Of a stretch of 40,228 bases of DNA, positions 1 through 40,228 are shown piece after piece. The first letter of the stretch is position 1, and each line of letters starts with the position of its first letter. The DNA comes from Catajapyx aquilonaris (taxonomy: Eukaryota): assembly GCA_000934665.2 (NCBI GenBank), contig KZ538921.1, forward strand, positions 1 to 40,228, given 5' to 3'. The notes under the pieces were generated by a model, which worked only from the letters and a program-made list of their open reading frames with translations, did no database searches and was not told the DNA's origin. Made by a program: the position numbers and the translations under genes.

Positions 1-8
1 GGGGGGGG

Positions 9-1855
9 CAGAGGCGTCTCTACGGAAAATGGCGCATTTGGCAAGGACTGCAATTGCGCCCCTGCCCACACATCTGAAACCCATCTTTCAGATAACTTTA
101 TCATTAAATCAGCTCAAATATACCAGTCAAAACTTCTTTAATTTTTTATCTGACATATGACACTACTCATATAATTTACAATTGCTCCTTCCTTGCTTTC
201 ACTGATGCAATTTGGTCTATGATGCGGTCCAAGTCAGTTTTTGTCAGTTTCTTCTCTTTCTACACTCAGCAGAGCAAGATCACAGAGTCTGCTGCCTTGA
301 TCCATGGAGCAATCATAATGCTTCTCGCCCATAACACTATGCAACAACATATTTGTCCATGGAACTTCATTTCCATTGTTCCTTAGCACTCGTAACTCAT
401 ATAATGACATTTCATTTTGTCTGACCTTTGTTTTTGACCTAGGGGCATTCAAAAACCCGAAGTCATCGAAATACGCTCGTACATGTGTCATTCCAAATCA
501 AATGGGCCAAAATTCAGCTTTGACCATTGTTGTACCTCCAGAGAAGGGGGGATGTTGTATTATGTATCCAGGGTAATGATTGTTGATTAAAGTTATTAGA
601 TGACATTCTAAAGCCTAGTCCATCCTTTGAGTAGCTCCCCCCATAACACAACATGGTGGCAGCGGTACAAGTGGTACAAGGTTTCCGGGGTCATCATGAG
701 TAACGTCACGGGGACTTCGCTCCATTAGACGTTGAAGTTGCAAGTGACTGGCGGGGGACAGTGCAAATCCTGTTGCTGGAGTTGCTGGAATGCTTAATAT
801 CTAGTTTCAGTGATATTTTGTAATACAGTGAGGAAGGGGAAAATAGCGAATGTTTGGAAATGGCCTAAAATGAGGCATTTTTGGAGAATTTTTATGGTTC
901 GTGAAAGTGGTCAAAGTCCAATAAACGTAATATAATTATGTCAAATGAAAGAGAAAGCTGAGGGGAGAATTCCCCTATGGAATTAGCTTTCCTTAAAAAT
1001 GCAACGAGAATAATGGCATTGGAAATCCATCTGTCACATGTCCACAAATTTGGGCCCCCAAAAATTAGTGGGCAAATCTGTGAATATTTTCTTACGAAGT
1101 TGCGAGCCATGCATGAACCAGACTTAAAACTGAACATATTAAACCTCGTGTGGGTCACAACTCCTGTCACCAAAATAATATGGCTGCTCTTACTCAAATA
1201 TATCACTAATTATTGGGGTCAATATATTTGGACATGTGACTGAGCATGTGGCCAATGGAATGCCGCACACCTTTTTCTGGTTACATTTTAGAGGAAAACA
1301 AATTCCAAAGGTGCATTCTCCTCGTCGTTCTCTTCATTTGATGTAGATGTTGATTTGGCTTTGGCATTTCCACTAACCTAAAAATATCCCCAAAAAATGC
1401 CTAATTTTCAGCCCCTTCCCAAATTTCGCGATTTCTTTTTTTCCCACGGTATTGGCAATATGGCTGAAACTTGACACTTGGGGTTAAGTCATATGTGTGT
1501 ACAGCTATGATTTCTTTCGGCAAAATCCGATATAGTCTAGAAAAACCGATTCGGAAAGACCGCTTATATTTCGAGGACTTTGGTTTTCTGACTGCCCCAA
1601 GCTTTAAAAAAATACAACAACATTCAGACAAAATTAATGGTAATTCTGAGTTACGAGTGCCCTAAGGAACATGGAGATGCCATGAATACCCGTGGACAAA
1701 AAGTTGATTTTTGTTACATAGTGTAAAGATCATCTAATTAAAATTATATTTTCACCGTACGAAGATAGCTCATTGACTTTAATAGAAAGTGCTCAGTGGG
1801 CCCCCTTCCAGTGGTGCCCATGGCACGTGACATACTTGCCCTAGTTACGCCTCTG
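9..1855 (-). mobile_element. Internally deleted hAT-superfamily DNA transposon
   Basis: Termini CAGAGGCGT...ACGCCTCTG; 8-bp flanks GGGGGGGG / GGGGGAGG; minus-strand remnant (~190-330) SMDQ..RLCDLALLSVERE / DLDRIIDQIASVKARK resembles the hAT C-terminal dimerisation domain. Confidence 0.78.
335..1723. mobile_element. Non-autonomous CMC-superfamily (Chapaev3/CACTA-like) element nested in the hAT element
   Basis: Termini CACTATG...CATAGTG; TAA duplicated at 332-334 and 1724-1726; imperfect inverted repeats of about 150 bp (335-480 vs 1560-1723). Confidence 0.75.
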
Positions 1856-2091
1856 GGGGGAGGGAGAGAGAGGGAGAGAGAGAGAGAGAGAGAGAGCGTA
1901 TACTAGGTTATGGTCCCGTTCTCCTCATTCTAAGATGTTGTAATACAGATGCAAAAATGGGTGCAAATAAGGCGTATGGTGCAATTTGAGAAGAGCAACT
2001 GCGGCAACCGACTAGAGCTGTTCACTCTCCCTGTACCCATTTGAGAATCCAGCAGCAGCAGTTCATACCTAGTCCACTTAAAAAGATGTAC

Positions 2092-37939
<35,848 letters not shown>

Positions 37940-37985
37940 CTGCATGATACAATAAAAAAGTATGTCAAGATACCAACTAACACTT

Positions 37986-38446
37986 TTTTTGTTTTTGTTT
38001 TTTGTTTTTACTCCATTGGAGGGAACGAAGCCCTTTTAGGGGGGTGGATTACCGCCCATTTTCCTACGAACGATCTTTCACATTTTTTTCTCTCCGGTGC
38101 AGGGATCAGGATAGGGATTTATGAAGAGGGGACACTGGTGCATGTGCGTTGTCTTTATATTGGGAGTCCTGTGCAGTCCCCCAAGGGGTCAGGTTGCAAG
38201 ACAACCTTCTAGGTCCTGGTCAGAAACTCCCCACCGACACCGCACCTCCCCATGGATGGGTCAAGGATAGGAAAGGAAGGGGGGCGGCTGTGGCCTATTG
38301 TTTACGGAAGCGACCACGGAATTTTCCTGGGAGGACCGTGGGAAACCACAGAAAACCACGATCAGGATCGCCAGCCCCGGGACTCGAACACAGGACCTTC
38401 TGATTAGCAGTCGGTCCCCTTATCCACTCCACCAACCTGCTTCGGT
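37986..38446 (-). mobile_element. tRNA-derived SINE (type C, longer variant)
   Basis: Type C head and core; extra internal segment; A-rich tail; 15-bp TSD TACCAACTAACACTT. Confidence 0.85.
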
Positions 38447-38684
38447 TACCAACTAACACTTCTCAACTGCAGTCAACCATCAATCAAGACTGTATACTAT
38501 TTATATCCTACACATTCAAAGATAAATTACAAGTCCAAAAATAGTATTTTAAAATAGGCACTATATAAAACTGTCTGTATTTAGGTCCTGTAGTCATGAA
38601 ACAGCTTGATGAATTGTAGGGCTCATTTGATTGTACACCTAGAGTTGCCCCTTTTGATGATGGAGGCAGGGTATCTGCAGGGTA

Positions 38685-38831
38685 CAGTGTTGGACATTAA
38701 TCGAGGCATGCTGCTAGCGACATTTTCCAAAGCGGCAAAAAAAAGAATCTTGCTCGCCCGGCTTGCACTATCCTTATCTTCGATTCCTTCTTCTGCCGCT
38801 AGCAGTATGCCTAGATTTATGTGCAACACTA
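38685..38831. mobile_element. Very small Tc1-type MITE
   Basis: TA|CAGTGTTGGACATTAATCGAGGCATGCTGCTAGCG...CGCTAGCAGTATGCCTAGATTTATGTGCAACACTA|TA. Confidence 0.65.
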
Positions 38832-38855
38832 TACCATGTGAAGTAGATATCAATA

Positions 38856-39295
38856 CAGGGTGAAAGGAAACTCGCAGACAATCAGCAAGTAGACCGATAG
38901 TACTTGTAAAACTAATATAGGGACGTGCAATTAGTTTTGGGTGCCATTGAATAGTTAATGCATATGGCACAAAGTTTCGTGCCGTCACCTCCGTTCCGCC
39001 AGCTTCAAACAAGCAAAGGTCAGCTCGAGGGACTCCAAATAATCCAGCCTTGGTCCGTAACACATCGTCCATATGCGATAAGTGATCAATTACCATCAGA
39101 GTAAGAATCCGGGCGTGACACCCACGCACTTTGTCGTTTTACCCCATATTTTACCATCCAGCCCTCTACACTTTAACGGCACCATACGCATTAACTACGC
39201 AACGGCGCCCAAAACTAATTACACATCCCTATATTAGTTTTGTGAGTAGGCCTACTATCAGTCTACCTGGCGATTGTGAGTTTCCCTTCACCCTA
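38856..39295. mobile_element. Tc1/mariner-type MITE with ~115-bp TIRs
   Basis: TA|CAGGGTGAAAGGAAACTCGCA...TGTGAGTTTCCCTTCACCCTA|TA. Confidence 0.8.
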
Positions 39296-39522
39296 TATAA
39301 TGCAATACTACAGTCGTGGTGCTCAAGGTCTTATAATACTCACAAGGGAACTGTAAGTGTTATAAATTGAGTTGCTCAATGAAACTTGGCACAATAATAT
39401 AGGCAGATAAGTTAGTAAACAAAATGGTAACAGTTTCAGCGAATGCCTACAAGGTCGAAAGTCTCCAATGACCTCTCACAAGGGACACTTTCCAAGGTCT
39501 CACCGATTTCATGAAATTTGGT

Positions 39523-39746
39523 GCATTGGTAGCCCACCACAAAGGATGAAAAACACACCAAAAGTGACCTGCTCAAAATGACCTGGTGACCCCTTTTTGG
39601 GGGCTACCAATGCACCGAATATCAAGAAAATCAGCGAGTTTTCAGCATTTACGAGTTGACCTCTGCCCCCCATAAAAGGGTCACCGGGTTATTTCGAGCA
39701 GGTAACTTTAGGTGCGTTTTTCATCCCTTGGGGTGGGTTACCAATG
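39523..39746. repeat. Imperfect palindrome (MITE-like) cut on the right by a mariner insertion
   Basis: CATTGGTAGCCCACC..AAGGATGAAAAAC..GGTGACCC pairs with GGGTCACC..GTTTTTCATCCCTT..GGTGGGTTACCAATG. Confidence 0.6.
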
Positions 39747-39748
39747 TA

Positions 39749-40228
39749 CGAGGTAGGCGCCAAAAGTTTCCGTCCTGGCTATGTTCCAGGGGTGATAGAA
39801 ATGAAACAACTATAGTGTCAGGTAGTCCCAACCATGAGTTGAGGAATGTACAAGTTTCACCCGGCAACGTCAGTCAGTCTCTTAGAAAAGTCAACTTTAG
39901 TTAGACGAGTTGCAACATGGTGAAAATCGAGTATCGAGAGTGATCAAGTTCCTCACCAAGGAAGGCCTTACTACGATGTCTATTAAACAGGCCTTGGGTG
40001 GTGTGTATGGTGAAGCTTCCTCTTCATATTCCACCATGAAGGAATGGGCTAAGCAGTTTCGTTTGGGCTGAGAGAACATCGAAGGCGGGCTATGCGACTT
40101 TCGGCCCGTGGAGGTGATGACTGCAGAGACAGTCTCTCTTGTGGAGGAGTAGGTGCTGCAAGCAGGCCCTTGGAGGTGGAGGAACTCTTGGGAAGGTTGT
40201 GGCTTTCAGACACCACCATTCCTCTCAT
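39749..40228 (+). mobile_element. Degenerate mariner transposon, 5' part (transposase pseudogene from ~39917)
   Basis: TA|CGAGGTAGGCGCCAAAAGTTTCCG terminus; MVKIEYR/VIKFLTKEG...VYGEASSSYSTMKEWAKQFRLG*E with a frameshift and a stop. Confidence 0.85.

Noticed and set aside
234..491. Minus-strand ORF as the next SMG1 exon
   Set aside because: It is a chimera of a CMC-element TIR and a hAT dimerisation-domain remnant; no SMG1 similarity.
38623..39129. 168-aa minus-strand ORF as an upstream SMG1 exon
   Set aside because: Runs through two MITEs and has no SMG1-like sequence.

Overview
Eukaryotic genomic DNA, most likely arthropod (inferred from short ~60-nt introns, a rich SINE/MITE complement and the protein style), with one assembly gap (N run 8054-8307). 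The whole window lies inside a minus-strand gene encoding the nonsense-mediated-decay PIKK kinase SMG1. I reconstructed 28 internal coding exons (37939 to 2092) that splice in phase into about 2206 uninterrupted codons, covering the HEAT/FAT region, FRB-like region, kinase domain and part of the SMG1 insertion region; both gene ends lie outside the window. The 11.9-kb intron that splits the kinase domain (6683-18567) hosts an intact, antisense, 4-exon class A GPCR gene (10585-12991, 341 aa, non-aminergic, orphan-like). The large introns are filled with nested non-autonomous DNA transposons (hAT, CMC/Chapaev-like, Tc1/mariner, piggyBac, Kolobok-like, PIF/Harbinger, ISL2EU-like) and at least four tRNA-derived SINE types that appear to have exchanged head and tail modules, one carrying a V-SINE-like core. 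Other notable points are a probable GC-AG intron and a single in-frame, stop-free 60-nt intron in SMG1. All family assignments come from recalled motifs, not database searches.
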